Part shown: piece by piece, positions 20,601 through 30,200 of the stretch | Position numbering within the stretch: the stretch's first letter is position 1 | How the letters are laid out: every line of letters begins with the position of its first letter | Notes under the pieces: generated by a model | What the model saw: only the letters and a program-made list of their open reading frames with translations | Told to the model about the DNA's origin: nothing | Database searches by the model: none | Program-made: the position numbers and the translations under genes | Source of the DNA: a virus | Virus record (IMG/VR): IMGVR_UViG_3300021130_000224 | Location: 32,001 to 96,000 of that record | Length of the DNA stretch: 64,000 nucleotides | Direction: 5' to 3' (one strand)

Positions 20601-21415
20601 ATCCAAATGCAATTAGGGATATATTTGAACAAGCCGATCCTTATCAGTCAATGCAGGTACAACCCTACCTTGAGCCAGAGTATAACGTATCTTTCCAACA
20701 AAAGAAGAATGCTATACAATCTGCTTTTGCCCCGGCAATGAAAGCTGCTAAAACTTCTGGACAACAAGCAGCAATAGCTGCTCAGATGGCAGAACAACTT
20801 GGAGCAGTTGATAGTGAAGAGTTTAACTTTAATCAGCAGAATAGAGGTCAGATACTTGGAAGGAATCTTGGTGAGATGAGAGGTGTTCGTGATACAAACA
20901 TGAAACTTGGAATGGATGCTTATGAGAAAGGTTTAGGTGCAAAAGAAGCAGCACGTCAGATAAGAAGACATGGTGGTGAAAAAGTATTTTCTGACTGGAG
21001 AACTGTTGATGCCGAGAATAAAAGACTTGGTACATATGAAGATTTTGCAGGATGGTTCCAAGATCCTGCTACAAGAGATTATATAAGAACTCTTCCTCCT
21101 GAAAAATTAACTGAAGCTATTGCAAGTATTGTTGATCCTAATAAAAAGGAAATTGTCACTTCTACTGAAGAAGATGGACCAAAAGGTAAAAAGAAAAAGG
21201 TTCAGACAAAACAAGAAGAAGCATACTTTGGTACATATTTCCCAGGTATACAAAGAACATACTTTGGAGGTGGTGCAGTAGGTGGTGGAATGGGACATGG
21301 TGGTGGAGGTATGCATGGAATGCCAGGACATGCCGGCTCAATGGCCTCAAGGTATTCTCCGGGAGGTGATGCATCTTACTATGAAAAGAAAAAGAAGAAG
21401 AAAAAGACTACCTAA
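17663..21415 (+). CDS. Putative virion cargo protein; low-complexity and multi-module, with about 15 xxxG(G) motifs and a poly-Lys tail
   Basis: Q/G/P/M-rich; contains the GDYHSNGG..VEAEKGE motif; lies in the cargo gene block. Confidence 0.6.
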   Translation: MKKKATLHPFLKMAGVKSEKELYDKYPTDEHFFKAYPQAKYGMMMAQDGAMTLPNAKPNVAWQPSGQGLSPADNVAGLNAAGPMPQQGGYQAAQGPVFEGQMPEQEQQKQEQPEVKENKKGNNKNKLKISAGKKTWDPFAKDNAWNTGKGVATTDVIAGGLAMTAGAIPFQPAKKNQDILPPAITTGNYGYGSQASFENGGNISPTKAREMLHNPPHGKPLSEKQRKYFGAIASGYADDGAKMAIGQLGQIEHKLNELKKVVTPDSEIEPWVASKVTLAADYLNNVGNYMQFNPDAQPQGQQQMQQPGMYMGGYLRADGGPMITHVKPSPYTYYRPMTKTNRQKMDMPDYMPGQSTPDLPFAANGINIPGVGGYQAPVTDQEREQWNQYQSTMSHQPGTYVRNWQHNQDFQKQMAQQTGFDYNRAGAIQADMQARSQQYPGSVSGIKPGATENQNWGGDANWVGDRERQKAYGKYEYLHYDPKGNLYPGEAGHKEASFTPMTKEQMGNWENSAYTKGPNQWVTNNQGIGMNAPQSEIDKLYQPGAQGSAPSAGGFGSNTPVASSTQPRTKAFPTMDQAKAAYAKKKEGVETKWNATSGEYEEVGKGSKAVANTDNSGPGQEAYSVDATRRTGKGSDEAKYGKQMIPGMYHPDHDMEMLDQYPHKMGGMYKPYSHTYTMAQGGPIPFANGGNTGTDVHVEDSKFKMLSPHTAEIGGDYHSNGGTDIQANGQKVEAEKGETLHIQPDGSTIVGGNLIFPGTNTKIKNVYKKIAKNLEAPLAKMQKKNDKIKDKASYFLNEYGKAGDGPTNQFRAPAFNYGKVLADMNEQNQRSIEDKQQEIVAIKGKVTDVQNKMLELGGMIDPEHGAKKVSQMFKGKDQFTAKWGTRMAQKGITLKQGAVDTFDPNMDPGITGEQPKSTPYEFDPSKSGVVPESEPKHPDWAYKPDGSKMTPEEMQKNLMDRKKPEGKGKGKGIREKHVINPNAIRDIFEQADPYQSMQVQPYLEPEYNVSFQQKKNAIQSAFAPAMKAAKTSGQQAAIAAQMAEQLGAVDSEEFNFNQQNRGQILGRNLGEMRGVRDTNMKLGMDAYEKGLGAKEAARQIRRHGGEKVFSDWRTVDAENKRLGTYEDFAGWFQDPATRDYIRTLPPEKLTEAIASIVDPNKKEIVTSTEEDGPKGKKKKVQTKQEEAYFGTYFPGIQRTYFGGGAVGGGMGHGGGGMHGMPGHAGSMASRYSPGGDASYYEKKKKKKKTT

Positions 21416-21478
21416 CCAAATCTGATAGTATTTATCTTTTGTAAACGTAAAACTAATCAGGAACATTAATTAACTTTA

Positions 21479-21509
21479 CGGAGCTAATCAGACAGGTTAG
21501 CTCCGTTTT
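21479..21509 (+). terminator. Hairpin plus T-tract (intrinsic terminator or regulatory hairpin)
   Basis: (a)cggagctaa-N9-ttagctccgt followed by ttt, in the 108-bp gap between cargo genes. Confidence 0.5.
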
Positions 21510-21523
21510 AAAATATAAAAAAG

Positions 21524-24223
21524 ATGGCAAGTTATTTGTCAAAGCCTACTGAATATGCACCGTACCAACCTACAATTGATGCAGAGTTGTACGGAAAAAT
21601 GCTTATGAAGAAAGAAGCTGACTATCAAGAGGGAATCAAAAAAACTCAATCTGATATAAACTATCTTGGATCATTACCGGTAGGCAATGATGCAGATAGA
21701 CAATATCTGCAAGGTATTATACATGGCATTACTACTGAGATAAATAATAATGTAAATACCAACTGGTCAGATCAAAGTATCCAAAATATTACACATGATC
21801 ACATAAGCAAACTTGCCAACGATTATATTGTACAAACAGCTACAAAATCAGCTTTGCAATGGAAATCAGATAAACAAAAGGCAATAAAGAGTCAGGAAGA
21901 AAATGAAGGTAAGGATATTGCTAATCAGTACAATTTAGCTAAGACAAGTAATCCCTATTTGAATGCTGAAAAAGCAGGTACTGCTTATAAAGGTTCTTGG
22001 ATACCGTTTGTGGATATTAGTGAAGCTCGTACTAAAGTTGCAAAAGATGTACCAGTTGAAGAATGGACACAAAGCGATACAAAAGGTTTAGGTACTATGC
22101 AATATGCTGATATTGTAAACCAAAATTTTAAAGCAAGAAAACCTGATAAAATAAGAGATTCGCTTATTGGTTACATTGATACAAATCCTGGTGCTAAAAC
22201 ACAACTTGTTTTAGAGGCAGACTATGCATATAAAGATTACGATAAAGCAGCTACAGTAAATGAATTATATAATGCCAAGTTAAAAAACTTATCGCATTAT
22301 CAATTACAGTTAAATCAAAATAATAAAGATTTGACTTCTTTAGGTGATTTGAGCAATCCGGCTGTTGTTAAGAAAAGAGCTCAGTTAGAAAAAGAGCGTA
22401 AAATATTAGAAGGTAATTATAAAAAAGAGGCTTTAGATATTTACCAAAATGTAAATAATGAGGTTGAGTCAATTTGGGAAGATGAAAATAAACGAAGTGG
22501 TTTGTTCAATAATCTCTATAAAGAAAAATGGATACAGCAAGCTATAGATAATTATAGTTTCAATGATTCTCAAGGTATAACTATACAAGGACAAACAGCT
22601 TTCCAAAAACAAACGGCCTTTGCTCAAGGTAGCAGAGATCAACAAAAACTTGATTTAGAATTAAAAAAAGCTTTAGCTGAAAAAACAGCAAGCAAGGAAA
22701 ATGAATACGGTATAATAGTTCCTCAAGGTATTGCTTCAGATAAAGCAAACAGTTCATACGCAAAAGCAACTGATATAGTTCAGAAAAAAGATGAGCAGAT
22801 AAGTAGAAACTCGTTGAATTTATTATACAATGTATTTAGTGTAAATGGTGGTTTTGAAGGTTTAGAAAAAGATTATGATGGTAAAACTATTAAAATAACT
22901 AGACCGTATACTGCAGTCAATGTACCTGGAGTAGGTATACAAAATTTACCAACTCAGGTTTTTCTTGTAGGAGGTGAATACACTGACTCAAAAGGTAAAA
23001 AACGTACCTATGATGGTATGTTAAATCAGTTTATAAACTCTTACAGAAACGGCGAATACAAAAACACAAATAAATTAAGTGCTCAAGGTGGGGCTTTTAC
23101 AATAGGAGATGCTAACATAAAAGATATCCAAAAAATATCAGAAGATTTATACAACCAAGCAGATAAAAAACATCTTATTGCCACTACAGAAAAAGAAGTT
23201 TATAAAAAATTAAATATTCCAAATTTAGTCGATAACTTAAATAGTAATCCTATAAATGGAGTAAGTGGCAAGGATCTCATAAAGTATAATAGTTTACCCC
23301 AAAGTATTTTAGATGACTATCACGAGGCTTATGAAAAAGGCGTATATGACCCTAAAGATAGAAGTGAATATGAACTTAAAAATAAACTAAAAGAACAGGT
23401 TTCAAAATCATTAATAGAATATGGTTTAGATCCAAGCAAAATTTACAATATTAAGTATGCAAAAAGTGGTATTATAAAAGAAATAAAAGATAAAACAAAA
23501 GATGCAGCAGTTGAATTAAATAGAGCTTTTGAACAAAAAAATCTTATAACTACTCCCTTGATTAGAGAATGGACTGGCGATAAAGATGAGTTACATAAAT
23601 TAAGTAGGGAAGATGTACAAAATTCAAGAGCAAGAGCTATAAAAACTTTTGCACAAACTTTTGTAAGTCAACCTGGAGCAGATGCCAAATTAATAGGAGA
23701 TGCCCAAAAAATTGTTAGTTTTTATGAAGATAAACAAAAAGGTAAAGTAGATGATTATCCTACTTTACATTATACTCAAGATCCTGATACCAAAGAATAT
23801 ATTTTGACTGTAGAAAAAGGTGGTGAACAGGTTAACTTACCTGTAAAACAAGATCAGGCAAAACTATGGAAATGGGATCCTACTATAGGTGAAGTCAGTG
23901 ATCTTGAACAAACAATAAGATGGAATAGATATGGCTCAACTATTCCTACAAATCCTTCAAGTGGTAAACCGGAAGTAATGAGTTTTGAGAATGCAAGACA
24001 CATCGGTACATTAGGAAATAAGGAATTAAGATACCATGTTGTTCCAAGAAATAGTTATAGTGGTGAAACAGAATATACTGTTTATTTTTATGACAAGGAA
24101 GTAGATAGTTCAAAAGAACCTGAAGTAAAAGTACAACCTGTACCAGATAATGATTTGAACAGATTGGGACAATCTATTGAATTACACAAAGAACAAATTC
24201 AACAACAAAACAAAAGAAAATAA
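21524..24223 (+). CDS. Putative virion cargo/ejection protein upstream of the RNAP gene
   Basis: 899 aa, helical and Lys/Glu-rich; N-terminal YAPYQPTID..LYGKMLMKKEADY typical of the crAss gene preceding the vRNAP. Confidence 0.6.
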   Translation: MASYLSKPTEYAPYQPTIDAELYGKMLMKKEADYQEGIKKTQSDINYLGSLPVGNDADRQYLQGIIHGITTEINNNVNTNWSDQSIQNITHDHISKLANDYIVQTATKSALQWKSDKQKAIKSQEENEGKDIANQYNLAKTSNPYLNAEKAGTAYKGSWIPFVDISEARTKVAKDVPVEEWTQSDTKGLGTMQYADIVNQNFKARKPDKIRDSLIGYIDTNPGAKTQLVLEADYAYKDYDKAATVNELYNAKLKNLSHYQLQLNQNNKDLTSLGDLSNPAVVKKRAQLEKERKILEGNYKKEALDIYQNVNNEVESIWEDENKRSGLFNNLYKEKWIQQAIDNYSFNDSQGITIQGQTAFQKQTAFAQGSRDQQKLDLELKKALAEKTASKENEYGIIVPQGIASDKANSSYAKATDIVQKKDEQISRNSLNLLYNVFSVNGGFEGLEKDYDGKTIKITRPYTAVNVPGVGIQNLPTQVFLVGGEYTDSKGKKRTYDGMLNQFINSYRNGEYKNTNKLSAQGGAFTIGDANIKDIQKISEDLYNQADKKHLIATTEKEVYKKLNIPNLVDNLNSNPINGVSGKDLIKYNSLPQSILDDYHEAYEKGVYDPKDRSEYELKNKLKEQVSKSLIEYGLDPSKIYNIKYAKSGIIKEIKDKTKDAAVELNRAFEQKNLITTPLIREWTGDKDELHKLSREDVQNSRARAIKTFAQTFVSQPGADAKLIGDAQKIVSFYEDKQKGKVDDYPTLHYTQDPDTKEYILTVEKGGEQVNLPVKQDQAKLWKWDPTIGEVSDLEQTIRWNRYGSTIPTNPSSGKPEVMSFENARHIGTLGNKELRYHVVPRNSYSGETEYTVYFYDKEVDSSKEPEVKVQPVPDNDLNRLGQSIELHKEQIQQQNKRK

Positions 24224-24225
24224 TT

Positions 24226-27200
24226 ATGCCAGGTACAGATCAGTTTGGATTTCCAACTTTGCCTAATATGGATAATTCTCAGAAAGATGCAAATCAAACA
24301 CTTTCTGAAAACCAAAATAATGTAGTAAACCCTGCGTTTGTCTTACCTTCTCTTACAAGGGAGTCAAAAAACTTGATACCGAATAAAAGTTCTGCAAGTG
24401 GGGTTTTTGATGACATAATGAAAACTGCAGAAACCCTTACAAGTAAAGGGCCTTCATTAACTGAGCTTACTACTAAAACTGCACAGGATGTTCCAAAAGA
24501 ATACCGTACAGGTAAATTTCCTATGTATTATGGTCCAGAAACTGAAGATTTTTATGGTAAGTCTCAGGGTACCGGAGAAAAGTTATTGTATGGTGTAGGC
24601 AGAGGTATATCTTCAGGTTCACGAGCATTTCTTCAATCTACAGTAGGACTGGTAAATGACATAGCATCTGTATCTACTGGTGGAAGCTTTACTGACAATA
24701 ACTTAAACAAATGGTTTGATACATGGCAAAAAGCAGATGATCTTGATATGCCTCTGTATCAAACAAAAGAAGAAAGAGATAGATCAGGTTGGGATCCAAG
24801 AGGTTGGGTAACTGGTAATAATGTTGCTCACTTTATAGAAAGTTTGGGCTTTATGGCAGGTATGGCAGGTGGTGCATATGTTACTGCCGGTGCTGGAGAA
24901 TTTGCCATAGGGGCAAGAGTAACTGGATCCATAATGGCAGCATATGATGAAGCTATTGCTAGTTTCTCAGAATTAGCTGCTAAACAAGCTATATTAGTAG
25001 GAGTAGAGGATGGCGAAGTTGTAGCAAAGGCTTTGTCTCAACAGTTAATGAATGATGTAAAAGCTATTCAAGCAGAAGCTACAAGCGGTGCAGTAAAGCT
25101 TGATAAAGTAAATAAACTACTCAATGCAAGTAAAGCTGACCTTGATGCAAAATATGCAGCAAAGTTATTAGGTGCAGAAAAAATAAAGCAAACTATTTAT
25201 GGTGGTATAGGTAATTTAGGTATAGCATCTTCAGCAGGTTTTGAGGCAAAAGAACAGTTCAAACAGAACTACATTGACTCAATGCGTGAAAGAGGTTTTG
25301 AACTAACACCTGAAGAACTTCAAAAGCTTGAAGGTGTTTCTACAAGTGTTGCAAGATGGACAGCTACTGTTACAGGTGCACTGGGAGCTATTTCTTTTGG
25401 TCATGCATTTAAAGGAATTGTTGCAAAAGGAGAAGCCGAAACAGCAGTAAGAGAAGAAATAAATAATCTTGTAAACAAAGAAATACTTACTTCTGAAGAA
25501 ATAGCTGCAAATAAAATAGCTAAAACTGCTACAGGGCCTCATATAGAAGGTAAAACAGAATACGTTGATCCTACACAAGCAACAAAGAAAGCAGATAACT
25601 TTATAGGAAAGGTTACTCAGAGTGCACGTAGAGTAGGTAAAGTTGCTGGACAAAATATTGGAAAAATATATGATCCATTTGGTGCTATTACAATGGCTGA
25701 GTTTTCAATGGTGTCACCTGCTATAGAAAACTATTTTTCAAAGCAATACCAAACAGGTGATGCTGACGTATGGGCAGATGCAATAGGTCCTAATCTTGAA
25801 AGAGTATTTGGTACAAAAGAAGGCATAGGAGAACTTATATCAGGTGGCCTTGCAAGTGGATTTTTCCAGGTGGGTGAAAACATAAAAACATCTGGAAAAA
25901 GGAAGAGTGCAACGGAAGCTGCAGCAAATGGAATGAATAAAACTTACATGGGCACTTACCTTAAAGATCTTACTCAGTCCATCAAGGTAGGTAGAGCATT
26001 TGATGAAGAAGAAAAAGATGCTATAATGTCCGGTGACAAAAAGAAACAGTATGACTCAAGAATGTCAAAACTGTTTGCATACATGTTACCAAGAGTAAAG
26101 CATGGTAAGTTAGAATACATTAAATCCGATATAAGAGGTTATCGTGAGCTTCTTGCTACTGATGAGGGCCGTAAACAATTACGTGCAAGTGGAGAATTGC
26201 CGGCAGAAGGTGATCTGGTAAAACAAGCAGAAGAGCTTAATCAACATCTTAATAAGATAGAAGCTTATGCTGAGAATGCAGATAAGACTTATAAAGCTCT
26301 TCGTTTAAACCATGGTTCCGACCCAAGATTTAAAGATGAAGTTTTTGAAAAGTTGTTATATGCTTCTTCAATGATTGATAACGCATCCGAAAGAATCGTT
26401 AATATTTCAAAAGAACTTGATACCAATAAAGATATTACTCCTCAGATAAGAACTCAACTTGTTGAACTTCAAAAGTTAATGAGCAGACCTCTTACTGCAG
26501 AAGAATCATTTGAACTTCTTAAAAATCTTGGTGAATCAAGAGAAGAAATTATTAATAAACTTTCAGGTAGAAAGAATATTAGTGATCTTAGAAATAAGAT
26601 AGTTTCTAACATAAAAGGTTTAAGTATTAATGAGACTAAGCAACAAGAGCTTATTGGTAAGATGGGTGATATGCTTAAATTAACCAATAGTAAAACTGGT
26701 TATTTAAAAGATTATCAGACAATGATACTTAACCCTGAAATGGCTCATGATTTTAGTAGGAACAGCTTACCTGGTTTCCATGAAGAAATGCCCATGGGTA
26801 AAGGAGAAGGAGAAGAAGGTGGTCCGGAGAAACTTACAAAGACCATAAAAGTAAAACATGCAGGTAGTCCTTTTATACTAGGATCAGATGGTAAAAAGAT
26901 ATTTACCCCTTCTGACCTTGAGGTAGGTGAGGAGTATATAGGTGGTGTAAGAGAACTTTATGATGAATATAAAGGTGAGCCTACCAAAATGAAAAACTTC
27001 CCTAAATTCAGATTAGAAGGGGAGGTTGAAAAAGAAAGACAGACAAGTAAAGGTATTCTTAAAGAAAAGAAGATATTAATAAGTGTACCAGTAGGAGAGA
27101 ATGGTGATAGAAGATACATGGAAATTGATCCCAAAGTATTTGAAAAGTATAAACTTACAAAACTTAAAGATCTTCAAAAAAATGAAGAGGCAATGTTCTA

Positions 27201-30200
27201 TGTAAATCATGCAAATGATGTATTTACATATGAATTTCAGAAAGGTAACTCTGATGCAATAAAAGATGGCATTATAACTTTTGATAAGGATAAAAATGTT
27301 TTAGCCTTCCGTTACAGAAGCAATGATGGCAAGGTAAGAGATCATGTTATTGATTTACAAAGAGCACTTGAAGAAGACAGACTAAAGTTTAAAGACAGTA
27401 AAAAAGAAATAAGTAAAGAAGAATATGATAGAATTAAAAACTATCGTGATCCTAACTATACAATGAAAGCTGCTCGTCAAATAGAAATAATTGATGAAGC
27501 TACTAAAGAGTACAGAACAGAACTGGAAGAAGTTAAAGGTAGAATAAAAGAACGTGAAGATTTGCTTGGTCAACTTCAGGATACCATTGCTGGTATTCAG
27601 GAGAAAATGAAAAAACAAGGTACTACTAAAAAATCTTTAACTCAGTACACAAAAGAACTTGTGTACATGCAGGAATTACATGATTCTTTACATGATGACC
27701 TTGAGCCATTGCTTGCAAGAAGGGAAGAACTGCAATCTCATTCTGACATAGTAGAAGGTTTAAAAAGTAATATACTTAACCATCCTAACGGTGTTGAGTT
27801 TATTGAATACTTGAAAAAATCTCAAGAGAACATAAAAGCTGAGAAAGAGAAAAACGATACTGCAATTGAGCATCTGAAAGGTCTTATTTCAAAAGCAAAA
27901 GATTTTATTGTCACTCTGAAAGATTCATTACTCAAGAGAATAGCAAAGTTTGAAGCAAGGTATCCGAGTGAAACACCAGGACGTATAGGAGAAATGTCTC
28001 AAAGTGAAGCTAATACTTTGTTGACAATACTAAGAGCTAATGAGTATGATTTCCCTAAAAAACAAGGTATTACCTATGACGATAGTTCTCTTTGGAAAGA
28101 AGAACAAATAGGTACTCAGAATCCATCAAGGTTGACAGAGCAAACAAGAGCACTTAAAGAGTTCTTAGAAACAAACAGAGACTTCTTTAAAGATCGAGAT
28201 GAAATACTAAAGGATACTAATATACTTGATGTTAAAGAAAATGAAATAGAAGCTAATGAAAAAGCTATTGCTGAATTATTAGCTGATAATAAGGAACTTG
28301 AAAAAGTCTTTAATATTCTCGACAAGATAACTAAACAGTTTGAAGAAGAGTATAAGAGATGGAAAGAAGATGTTGTACTTACTCAAGCATACCGGGAATC
28401 ACCAAGTGCACAAAGGGTTCTTAGAGAAATGCAAGCAGCAATGAATGCAAACTCTTTACCTATTGTCCCTACATCTTTACTTGATAAAGCTGTAAGGGCC
28501 GTGTTAAGAAAAATACCGTTTTTTAAAATGAAGGGTTTACAACGAAATCCTTTTGCTGATAGTATTATAGTTGATAGTACAAATAAAAATACTTCTTTTT
28601 ATCAGCAACACAATAACTGGCCTGATAGAGAAAGAGATTTTACAGCTAATCTTACTAAATGGTCATTTAAGTTAAATGGCAGTAAGTTTGGTTTAGGTAG
28701 TGCTATAGAGCCTGATAATGTAAAGGTAATGGTAGTTAATACCGGCAACCAATCTGCTTTTGGTTTTGAAGGTTTTGTACCTGAGAGTTATCAGAGTTAT
28801 GATAAATCAGAAACTATTTTCAACAAAGGAGAAAATAGAGATAACTCAAGAGCACAGGTAGCACTTGTTTATACATATCAAGATGAATCAGGTAGGACAT
28901 TTACTATAGATAAAGATGGTAATCTTTTATCTGAAATAAAACCGGGTGCAGAACAACATGATTTTGACAACATGGTGTTTACCTACCTTGATCACTCAAA
29001 CCTTAAAAGAACAGGTGCATATAGAGCAGGAGAGAGTAAATTTTATGATGCTGAAAGTTTTAGTCAAGATGAACTAAATGCTATTCAAGCAAGTGCTACA
29101 TCAATGCGTAAAAAGCTTCTTGATCTAAATGGTCAATTGTTGCTTGATTTTGATGTAATGGGAGGTTTTATTAATAAACCTAAAGAACTGGATGAGGAAA
29201 TTTCTGATGGTACGGAAGGTGATGAAGAACCAAAGAAGAAGCCGGTAATTAACAGAAGTGTTACAGAAGTAGGTTTAATGTCTGATTCAGATCTAAGTAA
29301 GCCAAATATTCTTGCTGTAGCAACTGACGTAGATCCTGAAAACAATAAAGTAGCCAGAGTAGATGGAGAACTTATACCTACTGCTTTACCATTTTTAAGA
29401 TTGAAATCTGGTAAACCGGTAATACTTACAACTAATAGGTTTACAAAAGAGCAGGCTGAGAACATTTATAATGTTCTGAAAAAGATTGCTAATTCAATGT
29501 TCAGAGCATATGGTAAATCAGAAGGTTCTGCTGAAGAAGGTGCAGTTGATAGATTGAGAAATGTTTCTACTGGTAAAGAAATAAGTGCTATGTGGAGATA
29601 CCTTTCTACAATATCTTATTTCCGTAGACCAGAAGAAGGAGAGACTCTTGACAGAAATCAATTCTACCTTGATGGAAAAGGTAATATTGTAATGGGTAAA
29701 ACGTCATGGAAATTTGATCCTAAGACACTTAATGATCCCGAAGTAAAAGAAAAGATAATTACAATTATTGCCGGCTCTGACAAAATACCAGGCCTATTCC
29801 ATAATGTGGATAGTCTTTCTTTACGTGAAAGAGGTACTGAACCTTTTGAAGAATACATTGTTGATGATAATGGTAATGTAAAAGAGGTTAGAACCTGGGA
29901 AACTTTAAATCATTGGTATCTATCAGATAAATATCCTGATGGTACGGCAAGAAATAAATCAGAGAATGATAATAACATTCCTGTGACTATCAATGCAAAT
30001 GTACCTTCTTCTACCGGTGATGTTGCCATAGAAGGTCGTTACATTAAGGTAAGAGGTATTGGTGAAGAATACAAGCCTAAGATAAAGGAAAAGAAAACAG
30101 AACAGACTCACCCGAGTGCTGCACCCAAGCCAAAGGCTCCTGAACCTCAATCTGCTCAAGGTAAAACTGAACCAATAGAAGAGTTTTCTTTTGAACTAAA

